From the IMG/VR virus record IMGVR_UViG_3300037461_000275, positions 1 through 36,474 of that record: a stretch of 36,474 nucleotides of DNA; one strand, 5' to 3'. Both the position numbers and the translations under genes were made by a program. Below are positions 6,690 to 16,022 of the stretch, in pieces; positions within the stretch are counted from its first letter, which is position 1; every line of letters starts with the position of its first letter. The notes beneath the pieces were generated by a model. The model did no database searches. It was not told where the DNA came from and saw nothing but the letters and a program-made list of their open reading frames with translations. This stretch comes from a virus.

Positions 6690-6717
6690 GTATTTCCAGA
6701 ATCGCTCTTTGTCCACT

Positions 6718-7206
6718 TTATGCCTCTTGAAAGTGCGGATAGTCCGGGTTTTTGAACCGCGCGCCGGCCCGGATCCGGGCGCCCCCTATCTCCTCGCCCA
6801 GCTCCGCGAGCTGCTCATAATCGGCGACGTTGTCCAGGTTGATATCCGCCTTGACGTCCCCCACGTAGCGCCCGGCGCCGTCCAGGATCCCGAAATCAAC
6901 GGCCCGGGATTTGTCATTGTCCGCGCGGTCGTCGTCCAGGTTGATAATGTGCTTCGACGCCAGCGTCCATGTCACCCGGCGCTTGTTTTGCGCCTCGGTA
7001 ATCGGCGCGAGCCCTGCATGCTTCCGGAGCAAGTTGACCTCATTGAGGCCCTGCCTTCCCTGGGCGTACAGCGCGACCTGGACCTTATAATCCCGGTCCA
7101 CATCGACCACGATAACCCGCAGCCCCAGCCGGGCGTCCGCCTCCGCGATCAGCGTTTCGGCAAACCATTTCATGTACGGCGTCGCCATGTTAAGGTTTCG
7201 GCTCAT
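6718..7206 (-). CDS. Endolysin, peptidase M15 (VanY / L-alanyl-D-glutamate peptidase-like)
   Basis: SKHIINLDDD...SRAVDFGI and C-terminal DYPHFQ fit the H..D..H zinc-binding pattern of M15 phage endolysins (for example T5 Lys). Confidence 0.8.
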   Translation of the reverse strand: MSRNLNMATPYMKWFAETLIAEADARLGLRVIVVDVDRDYKVQVALYAQGRQGLNEVNLLRKHAGLAPITEAQNKRRVTWTLASKHIINLDDDRADNDKSRAVDFGILDGAGRYVGDVKADINLDNVADYEQLAELGEEIGGARIRAGARFKNPDYPHFQEA

Positions 7207-7210
7207 TTCA

Positions 7211-7417
7211 TCACCCGATTGCTTTTATTTTAAGTGCCAGCACAACCAGCGACGCGATCACCGTTAGCAGCGTCGTGAAAATGCCAATCATGATGCTGTT
7301 GAATTTCTGTGTGATGCACTGGTGCAGATAATCGTACTTGTCGAAAAGCGCCTTAACGTCCCCGTCGATGTTCTTGTGCCTTTCGTCACACAGCCCCTTT
7401 GAGTAGTCGTCCGCCAT
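7211..7417 (-). CDS. Small C-terminally membrane-anchored lysis protein (holin / XhlA-like)
   Basis: 68 aa. Soluble N-terminus (LCDERHKNIDGDVKALFDKYDYL) then TM IMIGIFTTLLTVIASLVVLAL. Immediately upstream of the endolysin. RBS AAAAGGGGG. Confidence 0.6.
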   Translation of the reverse strand: MADDYSKGLCDERHKNIDGDVKALFDKYDYLHQCITQKFNSIMIGIFTTLLTVIASLVVLALKIKAIG

Positions 7418-7431
7418 TTGCCATCCCCCTT

Positions 7432-8094
7432 TTATGAATTTTTCCAGACAACCTCCGGGCTTGCCGGATCAATCCCCAGCGTTTTTCGCGCCGCCGCCGC
7501 GTCCGGATCATCAATCAGCGTCTTGCCGTAGTCAGATATTGACTCCGCCCCTGTAATGGTCGATATGTCCATGTTTTCCAGGTTATCCCCCGCATCGTTC
7601 CATCTTAAATACCGCGCCGCCACCGGATCCGGCAGCACAATCCCGGTAAGGGCAGACGACACCTTGAGTTTCACGACCCGATCCAGGACCTCCTCAAGCT
7701 CCTGGATCAGCATCACCGCCCGGTCGTATCCCTCCTCGACCGTGTCCGCCGGAAGCCGGTCCCCGTCGTCAATGTCGATCAGCTGTGTCCGCGGCAGCCG
7801 CCGGTAAATCACCAGCGCATACCCGGAAGGGACCGGAAACGGGACGCTCGTCCCGTAGAGATAGTCGACCCCGGCGATCTCCTGGGAGAGCAGCGTCACG
7901 TCCCCGCCCGGGCCTGGGCTTGAAAGCGCGACCTCATACTGCACGTCCACCGTCAGCGTCGTTTCGGCGCCGGCGGCGTCGGCCAGCACGACGACCAGGT
8001 CCCCCTTGGCATAGGCCTTGAACGTGAACGGGAACACATAGGCGGACCCGTCGCAGTTATAAGCAATCCTGCTTGCTGTGCTTGCTACCGTCAT
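7432..8094 (-). CDS. Tail-fibre N-terminal adaptor (T7 gp17 N-terminal domain-like), no distal receptor-binding part
   Basis: IAYNCDGSAYVFPFTFKAYAKGDLVVVL ... LVIYRRLPRTQLIDIDDGDRLPADTVEEGYDRAVMLIQELEE parallels T7 gp17 LTYQLDGSNRDFNIPFEYLARKFVVVTL ... [33 protein letters not shown]. Only 220 aa. Confidence 0.8.
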   Translation of the reverse strand: MTVASTASRIAYNCDGSAYVFPFTFKAYAKGDLVVVLADAAGAETTLTVDVQYEVALSSPGPGGDVTLLSQEIAGVDYLYGTSVPFPVPSGYALVIYRRLPRTQLIDIDDGDRLPADTVEEGYDRAVMLIQELEEVLDRVVKLKVSSALTGIVLPDPVAARYLRWNDAGDNLENMDISTITGAESISDYGKTLIDDPDAAAARKTLGIDPASPEVVWKNS

Positions 8095-8106
8095 AAACCC
8101 CTCCCT

Positions 8107-11100
8107 TTATTCGTTATCCTCGCGCGGCCGCCTAAACAGCAGCCTGGTCAGATCGGACGTCTCCCCGTTCCATAGGTCCATGAGCCCCTGGATCGTCACG
8201 GCCGCCTGTCCTGTCGGCAGCCCGACGAGATAGCCGGCGGACTCCATGCTGTGATACAGCAGCTCGTCAAACTCGATCTCCTCCTCCGGATCCAGCGCCT
8301 TCATAGCCTCCTTGACCGTCCGGCCCATGACCTCCCCGGCCCTCGCAACCGGGCTGATCTGATAGTCATAATCCGTCAGGGCCGCGCCCATAATGTCCCG
8401 GACAACCGGATACCCGGCCAGGCGGAACTGCAGGACGCCCTCAAGAAACTGCCCGGGCGACGGGACGGACTTTTCGCGGATGATATACTCGATCGTCGGC
8501 GGCAGGATCACCATCCACCACCAGGCCCGCATGAGATCCGCAAAATTCTCGCCGGTCTTGTCGAATTTGAACTTTAGCCAGGCGTCGCTCATCATCTGAT
8601 GGAACGAGGAAAAGAAGGTATAAAACATGGAAACCAGCTTTTTCAGCTCCGAGCCGCGCTGGACGCCGGCCAGGTCCTTGACCAGGGCGCCGCCCTGTGT
8701 CATGCGCAGCATCATGTCCGCATACTCGATTGCCCTGGCCTCCTCGCCCGGGACCTCCCTCATGCTTTTATTGTACGCCGCCAGCCAGGTCGGATACGCG
8801 ACGGCCATGTCCATCATGGAGATCATGGTGAAATAGGTGTCTTTAACTGCAGCGGACCCGTAGAAATGCTCCAGGCCGATCCGATGGTACGCGTCGCGCA
8901 TTTCACGGTCGAATGACTTTGCCCGCCCGGAAGCCTCCGCCGACATTCCCTTGATCTTCTCGACCAGGGCCTCCCGGTTTGTATAGAATTCCGCCACCGC
9001 GCCGGCAAATTCGCCCGCCCCCAGCTTGTAAACGGAATTGAAGCCGCCCAAAAACTGCACCGCTGCCACGGAGAATTTCCAGGCCATTGCAACGGCCGTC
9101 GTATTGATCCGGGCCGTCTTGACGGCCGCCTCGACAGGAGACAGCGGATCCGCCTTTTGCCGCGCCACGTCCTGCAGCCAGGACATGATCTCCCGGTACG
9201 CCTCCGGGCCGCCGATCCCGGACGGGGACCCCTCGACGGCCGCCCGCACGCGGTTGTCGGCCAGGATCTTCTGCACGTCCCGGACCGCCTCCGCATGCGT
9301 GATGTAATGATTGACCTCCGCCAGCTTGTCAAAGATGACTTGAAAACTCAGTTTCGGCGGCAGCCGCCCGCCTATGCGCTCAATCGTGCTGCCCGACTTG
9401 ACGGCCGGCAGCGTGTAAATGCTCTGGAAAAAGTCCCGCAGCTCCTTTTCCGTGGCATTGCGGTCCGCGATCCAGGACAGCTTGCGATCGAACACCAGCG
9501 GGAAATAATCCCCCTCGACTTTCGCCAGCGTCGTCCCGGTCAGGTTTTTATAAACCGCGGCCAGATCCGGGAACTGCTTTTCGAACATACCCCAAATGCC
9601 GCGCACCAGCGCCCACTCCTCAGGCGTGACATTGGCCAGGATCGCGGCGATATGGGAATCGTCCCACCCGTAGACCTTGTTTTCCTTGAGCGCCGCCAGA
9701 TTGCCCTCATTGCCGGAATTCAGCGCCACCATAATCACCTTTTCGCGCGTGAGAAATTGCGGGACGCCCGGGATCTTGAATTTCTCCTTTGTCAACGTGG
9801 TCTTGACCGGATCAAACAACCCCTGCAGCTCGCGCGTGATATCCTGCAGCCGGCGATATTCGACGTCGGACGCCGCCTTGACCGGGCTGTATATCTGATC
9901 CCACACCGGCCCCAGGTCCTTGAACCCGTCCATCCGCCGCAGATACGTCTCGACCTTCGTCAGCGACGCCAGATACCCCTCTTTCTGGCCGGCAAGCCGC
10001 TCCGCCAGCGTCGGATCCGAAAACATGTTTTCCAATTCGGCGGCCGTGGCGCTCTTGACACCCCAATTTTTGTCGATTGCAGATACAATCGTTTCGACGA
10101 CGTCCTCAAACGCCCGCTTTTCTTGCGCCCGGACCAGCTTGTTTTTGAGCTGGCCCAGGTGCGCGTAGATCCGCGCCTGGTTGTAAATCTCCCGCAGCTG
10201 CTCAAGCGTCAGGTCCCGCCAATGGACCTTGCCGTACCGCTCGATCCGCGAAAGCATCGACTCCGGGATCGAAACGTCCTCGCCGGCGGCCTTTTGCCGC
10301 TCCAGGAATTCCCGGGCCGACTCGACGCGCTTTGCGGTCCGGTTGCTCCGCGGCAGCAGATCAAAATCCTCCAACAGATCCGCGATCCGGTCCTGGTACT
10401 CCTCCGGGATGGACCTGTTTTTTGACAGCTCCAGCAGCCCGTCATGGATCTTTTTGGCCTCCTCTTTTGCCAGCAGCTTCTCCCGCCTGGCCGTCGCCAG
10501 CTCCAGCTGCCTTTCTTTTTCCGCCAGCGTCCCCTCGATGTTGCCCGCCCGGAAGGCCTGGCGCGACGCGATCTCCGCCTTGCGCATGCCGGCCTTTAGC
10601 GCCTGGTACGCCGAAACGGTCAGCTCGCCGACAGGCGTTTGCCCGGTCTTTTCCCGGATCACCTTTTTGATCCCCGGCGCGGACGGCCTTTTCTTTTCGC
10701 CGAGCAGCTTGCCCAGGATCTTGATCTCCTCCGACAATAGCTCGATATGAAAGGTCTCCAGCTCCGCCTCGCTGATCAGCTCGCCGTAATGCTCCTCGTA
10801 CTGAGCGGCAATCTTTTCAGCCGCCTTGCCCAGCCCCTCCCAATCCAGCAGGGCGCTCATAAGCGCCTCATCGGACTCAAAACCGGTTATGTCGGCGATC
10901 TCATCCAGCCCGTATTTGCTCGCCTTTGTCACCAGGCCGATCCGCTTCCGGGCAATCTCCGTCACCGTGTCCGCGTCATATTGCCGGGAGAGCTTTTCGT
11001 GACTGATCCCCCCGAGGCGGATTGCTTCCTGCATGGCCTGGTAAACCGGCAGCAGCTTCGCCTCCTCCGTCGCCGATCGTTTCAGCTCGCGTTCGCTGCG

Positions 11101-12561
11101 CCGGCGCGCCAGGTCGTACCGCTTGCTGATCGTTTCAAAGGCGATCCGGGCCGCCTCCGCGCGGACCTTGTCATATTCCGTGGCCGGCGGCGGGATCTGC
11201 GCCTGGTCCGTCCGGGCAGCAGCGGAAAAAAGCTCGTTGATCTCATTCAGGCTTGGCTCAGGTTCGACGATCTCCCCCCCGGTCTGCCCCTGGGCAGGCT
11301 TAATCCCCGTTGCATCAACGTCGCCTTGCCCGGGCAGCCTGACGGGTGGTTCTTGCAGCGCGTCGATCGACAGCATGGACGTGACCGTCGCCTCATCAAA
11401 TCCAAACTCTTTCAGAACCGTCGCCATGTCCTTGCCGGTTTCCCTGGCCTTTTCTTTGAAGGCCGCCATGTCGGCCCTCAGCCGTTCCATGGCCGCGGCC
11501 TTCTCAGGGGTCATGTCCCTTGTAGAGAAGGACCCGCGCTCGCCGCCGATGACATTGTTGAAGTCCTTCAGGATGTCGGCGAATTCGCGCCTGGGCGCGC
11601 CCTCGATCATGGCCGCCACCGGCCGCTTGCCCGTCGGCTTTCCGCCGCCCGTCACGACCGTTTCCTGGTACGGGCTGGCCTTAAAAAACTCCTTCATGGC
11701 CGCCCACCAGGGTTTGTCGACAATCGTCACGATTCTTTCGGCCGGGATCTCAATGTCAATCCCGTCCCGCAGGGCCGCCCGATACTGCCCGTTGCTCAGG
11801 CCCAGGTCCTTGAGCAGCGCCGCCTCCTCCGGGGAGATACGGACATACCCGGGCTGTGACGGCTCGGACCCGCCTCCGCCGAAATGCGCCCGGATCTTCT
11901 CCGGGGAGACAAAGACGGTCCGCGGCAGACTGTACGTCTCCGTCACGTCCCGCATGTATTGCATGGCGAACTTTTCCGCCGCCGACCGCGACGTCTTGAT
12001 CGCGCCGCCAACCGCGACGGCCTTCCATGCCATGTCGGCCGTCCAGACCAGGTCTTTAAGGCGCTGGTCCGAATCCTCCGGCAGCAATTCGGCCAGGCCC
12101 TTGCCGGCGCCAAACCGGTACTCCTCGTCCTTGTGCCGCGATATCAGATAGTTTTCGCCCTCCGCCAGCAGCCCGAACGTCGTCACCCCGACGACGGTCG
12201 CCAGGGGATGCGTTACGAGGCCGGCCACGACGGCCCCCATCATCGTCTTTTCAATCAACTCCCGGAACGTCGGCTGATCGCGCAGCCCCAGCTGCCCGGA
12301 GATCTCGTCCATGTGCTCGTATGCAACGGACGCCGGGACCCCCGTCATGGATGAAACGGCCGCGGCATTGGCCGCTTTCGCGCGTTCCGCCGGCTTGTCG
12401 GTAAAGAGGCCCCACAGCGGAGACTGAAATCCCTCCCAGCCCTCGTCGTCCTCCCAGCCTGGCCGCAGCGCCCGCAATTCCGGGACCGGCCGCTCGCCCG
12501 GCAGCAGCCCCAGCGGGTCCGTGATATGGCGATTCGTCAACAGGCCCAATGGATCCGTCAT
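8107..12561 (-). CDS. Large internal virion / ejection protein (T7 gp16-position analogue), 1484 aa
   Basis: Uninterrupted 4.4-kb ORF, ATGA-coupled to the upstream gene. Its position (third of three genes before the fibre stub) and size match podovirus internal core proteins. No catalytic motif recognised. Confidence 0.8.
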   Translation of the reverse strand: MTDPLGLLTNRHITDPLGLLPGERPVPELRALRPGWEDDEGWEGFQSPLWGLFTDKPAERAKAANAAAVSSMTGVPASVAYEHMDEISGQLGLRDQPTFRELIEKTMMGAVVAGLVTHPLATVVGVTTFGLLAEGENYLISRHKDEEYRFGAGKGLAELLPEDSDQRLKDLVWTADMAWKAVAVGGAIKTSRSAAEKFAMQYMRDVTETYSLPRTVFVSPEKIRAHFGGGGSEPSQPGYVRISPEEAALLKDLGLSNGQYRAALRDGIDIEIPAERIVTIVDKPWWAAMKEFFKASPYQETVVTGGGKPTGKRPVAAMIEGAPRREFADILKDFNNVIGGERGSFSTRDMTPEKAAAMERLRADMAAFKEKARETGKDMATVLKEFGFDEATVTSMLSIDALQEPPVRLPGQGDVDATGIKPAQGQTGGEIVEPEPSLNEINELFSAAARTDQAQIPPPATEYDKVRAEAARIAFETISKRYDLARRRSERELKRSATEEAKLLPVYQAMQEAIRLGGISHEKLSRQYDADTVTEIARKRIGLVTKASKYGLDEIADITGFESDEALMSALLDWEGLGKAAEKIAAQYEEHYGELISEAELETFHIELLSEEIKILGKLLGEKKRPSAPGIKKVIREKTGQTPVGELTVSAYQALKAGMRKAEIASRQAFRAGNIEGTLAEKERQLELATARREKLLAKEEAKKIHDGLLELSKNRSIPEEYQDRIADLLEDFDLLPRSNRTAKRVESAREFLERQKAAGEDVSIPESMLSRIERYGKVHWRDLTLEQLREIYNQARIYAHLGQLKNKLVRAQEKRAFEDVVETIVSAIDKNWGVKSATAAELENMFSDPTLAERLAGQKEGYLASLTKVETYLRRMDGFKDLGPVWDQIYSPVKAASDVEYRRLQDITRELQGLFDPVKTTLTKEKFKIPGVPQFLTREKVIMVALNSGNEGNLAALKENKVYGWDDSHIAAILANVTPEEWALVRGIWGMFEKQFPDLAAVYKNLTGTTLAKVEGDYFPLVFDRKLSWIADRNATEKELRDFFQSIYTLPAVKSGSTIERIGGRLPPKLSFQVIFDKLAEVNHYITHAEAVRDVQKILADNRVRAAVEGSPSGIGGPEAYREIMSWLQDVARQKADPLSPVEAAVKTARINTTAVAMAWKFSVAAVQFLGGFNSVYKLGAGEFAGAVAEFYTNREALVEKIKGMSAEASGRAKSFDREMRDAYHRIGLEHFYGSAAVKDTYFTMISMMDMAVAYPTWLAAYNKSMREVPGEEARAIEYADMMLRMTQGGALVKDLAGVQRGSELKKLVSMFYTFFSSFHQMMSDAWLKFKFDKTGENFADLMRAWWWMVILPPTIEYIIREKSVPSPGQFLEGVLQFRLAGYPVVRDIMGAALTDYDYQISPVARAGEVMGRTVKEAMKALDPEEEIEFDELLYHSMESAGYLVGLPTGQAAVTIQGLMDLWNGETSDLTRLLFRRPREDNE

Positions 12562-14231
12562 TTCACCACCCCCTCGTCACGATACCGCTGGATCCATAGA
12601 TCCTGTTCCTGCCCCTTGATCCCCTTGCCTTCGAGGCGCTTGCGCGCCGTCGACTCACTCATGACGGCAGGAGCGGCCGCCGGCGCCTGGGCCGCTGGCT
12701 CCGTCCCGACCATGATCCCGGACATATCCCGGACAAACGGATCCCCACTGTCCCCCGTCCGGATCGAATCCAGGGCCTTCTGGAAGATGTTGCGGGTCAG
12801 CGCGTTGCGCTGGGCCTGGTACAGTTCAAACACTTTCGGGTCAGATATCCGGAGCCCCTGCTCCTCCATCTGCTTTCGCAATGTTTCCAGCACCCGCGGT
12901 TTCATGTCCTGCAGTTCGCGCTTGCGCGAGCGGGCCTTGCTCGTCGAAATCAGCCGGTCCCAATCCTGCTCGGCCTGGTTAAAGTAATTGACGGATCCGG
13001 CGTCTTTTTTATAGCTCCGGAACGTCCCCAGGGCGTCGTCAATGAAGCCGCTGGTGTTTGTGAGCCCCTCCCCGATGATCTTGTCCGTCAGTTCCCGCTC
13101 GGACTTGTACCGGCCCGCCAGGATATCGGCCTTGATCCGCGCTTTGATCTTGTCCTCCAGGTCCATCCGGACCGCTTTCTCCTGGGCGCTCATTAAGGAC
13201 ATTTGCCGGATATGCGACTCCGTGGACCGCTGCAGGGCCAGGGCGTCTTTCGGATCAACATCCTCCGCCGTCCGCAGCAGCCGGAGCGCTTCCGTCGGAT
13301 TGTTGATTGCCACCTCCCGGATCCCGTCCAGGTTTTTCTCCTGGCGTTCCTTTTCCGCCCGCAGCCGCTCCGTCCCGATCGCGCTGAAACTTTGCGCAAT
13401 GTTTTGTGATTGATTGATCGTCAATCCATGCTTTTGCATAAATTCCGGCTTCAATACCTCGACCATGGCCTCCCGCGGATCCGGCCAGCGCGTTGACGCG
13501 TCCGCATAGGCGCCGGCCTCCGCAACCTCCGCCTTGCGCCGATCGACCTTGCCGACCAGGCTGCTGTATTTTGCCCCCAGCATGATCCGGTTTTTCTCGA
13601 TAAAGGCCGCCGCCTCGTCGAAGCGGTTGCCCTGGATCATGCCGTCGGCCCGCAGCTCCAGCGTCTTTTCATTGAAGCTGACCAGGTGGGCTTGCGCCTC
13701 CTGTTCGGACAGGATCCCGCCCTGCTGGGCCGCCATGACGGCGAGGATATGATCATCGGCGATCTTCTGCTGTGCCGCAGGGTCCCCCTCGCGCCCGAAA
13801 GAGATCAGGGCCGACTCCGCCCCCTGCAGGATCCCGGCCTTGCCCCAATCGGCCCTTTTCCGCTGCACGATATCCGCCTCTGTCTTGGCCGCGGCGACGT
13901 CCAGCTGCAGATAGGTCTTTTCCTTGAGCGCCCGGAGCTTGCGATCCGGCTCCGCCTGGACGTCCTGCAGCAGGGTTTCCCGGAGCTTTTTCAACAGCGT
14001 GAACTTGCCGGTTTGCAGGACCTCATAATCCGTGTTTTCCATGGCCGTCAGCGCGCCATCGACCTTTTTGGACGCATCGGCCGCCCAGCGGACGCTGAAT
14101 ACGGCCCGGTCGGCGTCCCTTTGCTGCTCCGCCTCATACTGCAGCACATGTCCAAAGCGCGCCAGCCCGGCCCCCAGGTCTTTCATGCTGTCCGATATGG
14201 CATGGGATCCCGAAAAATCAATCTGAGGCAT
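12558..14231 (-). CDS. Internal virion protein (gp15-position analogue), 557 aa
   Basis: ATG at 14231 (MPQIDFSG) preceded by GGGAGGGGGAAACAAA. The longer track ORF (to 14363) overlaps the upstream gene. Confidence 0.75.
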   Translation of the reverse strand: MPQIDFSGSHAISDSMKDLGAGLARFGHVLQYEAEQQRDADRAVFSVRWAADASKKVDGALTAMENTDYEVLQTGKFTLLKKLRETLLQDVQAEPDRKLRALKEKTYLQLDVAAAKTEADIVQRKRADWGKAGILQGAESALISFGREGDPAAQQKIADDHILAVMAAQQGGILSEQEAQAHLVSFNEKTLELRADGMIQGNRFDEAAAFIEKNRIMLGAKYSSLVGKVDRRKAEVAEAGAYADASTRWPDPREAMVEVLKPEFMQKHGLTINQSQNIAQSFSAIGTERLRAEKERQEKNLDGIREVAINNPTEALRLLRTAEDVDPKDALALQRSTESHIRQMSLMSAQEKAVRMDLEDKIKARIKADILAGRYKSERELTDKIIGEGLTNTSGFIDDALGTFRSYKKDAGSVNYFNQAEQDWDRLISTSKARSRKRELQDMKPRVLETLRKQMEEQGLRISDPKVFELYQAQRNALTRNIFQKALDSIRTGDSGDPFVRDMSGIMVGTEPAAQAPAAAPAVMSESTARKRLEGKGIKGQEQDLWIQRYRDEGVVK

Positions 14232-14763
14232 TTTGTTTCCCCCTCCCGTACGCGTAGACCCCCAGCCCCGTCCCGATCCCGGACAGCCATCCGGCCGGGA
14301 CCGCCTGGGCGGCGGATCCGCGATAGACGCCAGCCTGGGCGTCATAGACTTTTGCCCGCTCAAGGAAGATCGCGCCCTCGCGCCTTGTTTTCCAGACCGC
14401 CGTCCGCGTGTCCCAGGCTTTCAGCTCGCGCTCGTACGCCATATCCCCCGCCGTCTCCGCCAGAATGTCCAGAGGCGACCCCGTCGTAACATCGACGCCG
14501 CCGGCCGCCATGCGCGCCCGAAGATTGCCGATGATCAGCCGGGCCTTGTCCCGCTGCAGCTCATCCTCCGCCACCCCCCGCTGCGCCAGCTGGGCGGCCT
14601 CCGTGTCACGATAGGCGGCTTCTTGCCTGGCCAGCAAGGCATCCCGGTCGGTCATAAACGCCTGGGCGTTATACTGGCCCTCCTGCTGATACCCCTTCGA
14701 AATGGCCGATCCGGCGGAAACAATCGCCGCAACCCCCTGTAAAATCGGAACAAAATTACTCAT
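14218..14763 (-). CDS. Small internal virion protein (gp14-position analogue), 181 aa
   Basis: N-terminal hydrophobic segment FVPILQGVAAIVSAGSAI. ATGA coupling to the upstream gene. Functional call rests on position. Confidence 0.7.
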   Translation of the reverse strand: MSNFVPILQGVAAIVSAGSAISKGYQQEGQYNAQAFMTDRDALLARQEAAYRDTEAAQLAQRGVAEDELQRDKARLIIGNLRARMAAGGVDVTTGSPLDILAETAGDMAYERELKAWDTRTAVWKTRREGAIFLERAKVYDAQAGVYRGSAAQAVPAGWLSGIGTGLGVYAYGRGKQNASD

Positions 14764-15200
14764 GGGCGTATCCTCGCATACATGATATAGTCCTCACCGT
14801 CAGGCCCGAAGGCCCGCAGCGTGGCCTCCGCGTCCAGCCCGCAGAGCTCCGCAAACCGCCGCGCCGTTTCGTCCCCCGCCCGGACACAGGCTTGCACCCG
14901 GCGCAGCCTTGCGCCCCGGACGGCCGCCCTTGACGCCTTGCACACAGCCAGCGGAAACTCTTTTGCCCTGGCCGAGACAACGGACCAGGCCTCCCCCGTC
15001 CCCTCCCACAACTTCACGACGCCGCCGAACGCCAGGACGTCCCCGTCGTCGGCTATAACGGACCAGGCCTCCCCCGCCGCCCGGAAGCCGGCCAGGATTG
15101 CCCGGTAATCCACCGAAAACAGGTCGTGGTATGTCGGGATCCGCGTGTCCCCCATCCGGTCGTAATGCTCGATCTCAAAAGGCACAATGCGCGTCGTCAT
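14760..15200 (-). CDS. GNAT-like acetyltransferase (tentative)
   Basis: ATG at 15200 (MTTRIVPFE), ATGA-coupled to the methyltransferase gene. C-terminal RRVQACVRAGDETARRFAELCGLDAEATLRAFGPDGEDYIMY resembles GNAT motif B. Motif A is not clear. Confidence 0.55.
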   Translation of the reverse strand: MTTRIVPFEIEHYDRMGDTRIPTYHDLFSVDYRAILAGFRAAGEAWSVIADDGDVLAFGGVVKLWEGTGEAWSVVSARAKEFPLAVCKASRAAVRGARLRRVQACVRAGDETARRFAELCGLDAEATLRAFGPDGEDYIMYARIRP

Positions 15201-15784
15201 CGAAGCGACTCCCTGCAGACGTAAAGATACCTGGTTGCAATCTCGTGGCTGTCGATTGTTTCCACCTGGGCAAAATACCTTGCCAGCTCCTCCCCCCAGC
15301 GTTCCCGGTCCCATTGGACCAGGTTGCACTCATGGCCGGCGCGAGGGTCTTTCCGATGGTAGACTTGCACGAACAGATTGCGGCACGTCCGGGCAATATG
15401 TCCCAGCGTGGCGTCCATGCGCGGCTCCGGGATCGTCATTAGAACCTCCATGCAGTACCCCCAGGGCGCATGCGGAAAGTCCGCCGGCAGATCCCAAAGC
15501 GACGCCAGCGTAAACGTCAGCCCCCGGCCGACCAAGGCCCGGGCCTCGTCCTCCAGGGCGTTTTCGGCAATGTCCACCATGTTCACCAAAAAGCCCTGGT
15601 TAAACAGCGCGACGGCGGCCCGCCCGGTCCCGGATCCGTAGTCGTTGATCACATAGCCACCGCCCCGGGCGTACTGCAGAAAACGAGGCACGATCCGCAG
15701 CCCCGGCGACCCCTGGCGATAATTGCCGTGGTCCCATACCATTTCAAACACTTCTTTCTGTTGTGCGCTGTCCCTGTCAATCAT
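15197..15784 (-). CDS. Class I SAM-dependent methyltransferase (copy 1)
   Basis: Motif I VINDYGSGTGRAAVAL, motif II LVNMVDIAENA. Paralogous in layout to 23963..24508. Confidence 0.8.
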   Translation of the reverse strand: MIDRDSAQQKEVFEMVWDHGNYRQGSPGLRIVPRFLQYARGGGYVINDYGSGTGRAAVALFNQGFLVNMVDIAENALEDEARALVGRGLTFTLASLWDLPADFPHAPWGYCMEVLMTIPEPRMDATLGHIARTCRNLFVQVYHRKDPRAGHECNLVQWDRERWGEELARYFAQVETIDSHEIATRYLYVCRESLR

Positions 15785-16020
15785 ACGATCACCGTTGCCC
15801 CTTCTTTGATCCCCCGGATGATGTTGTCGGCAGCCGCCTTGACTTTCGCCTCAAACGTCGCGTCTTTCATGATCCAGGTCACGGATCCGACCTCCTGGAT
15901 CAGCAGCTTGATGAATTCGTCCAGAGGTACGGCGATCCGGGCGATATCGTCCACCACGTAGGCCGTAATGATGGGATTGCCCTTTCGCTTGTAAAGACAT
16001 ACATGCGTTCCTTGCTTCAT
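15781..16020 (-). CDS. Hypothetical protein (79 aa from ATG; GTG at 16026 also possible)
   Basis: ORF 15781..16026. The ATG at 16020 has GGAG 9 nt upstream. Coupled to neighbours on both sides. Confidence 0.6.
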   Translation of the reverse strand: MKQGTHVCLYKRKGNPIITAYVVDDIARIAVPLDEFIKLLIQEVGSVTWIMKDATFEAKVKAAADNIIRGIKEGATVIV

Positions 16021-16022
16021 GA

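Noticed and set aside
14232-14363. N-terminal 44 codons of track ORF 12558..14363; similar extensions occur at 15201..15329, 23964..24230 and 29986..30285
   Set aside because: These are Pro/Gly/Arg-rich extensions that overlap the preceding gene. Internal ATGs with GGAGG-type RBSs and ATGA/TAATG coupling give compact, non-overlapping genes.
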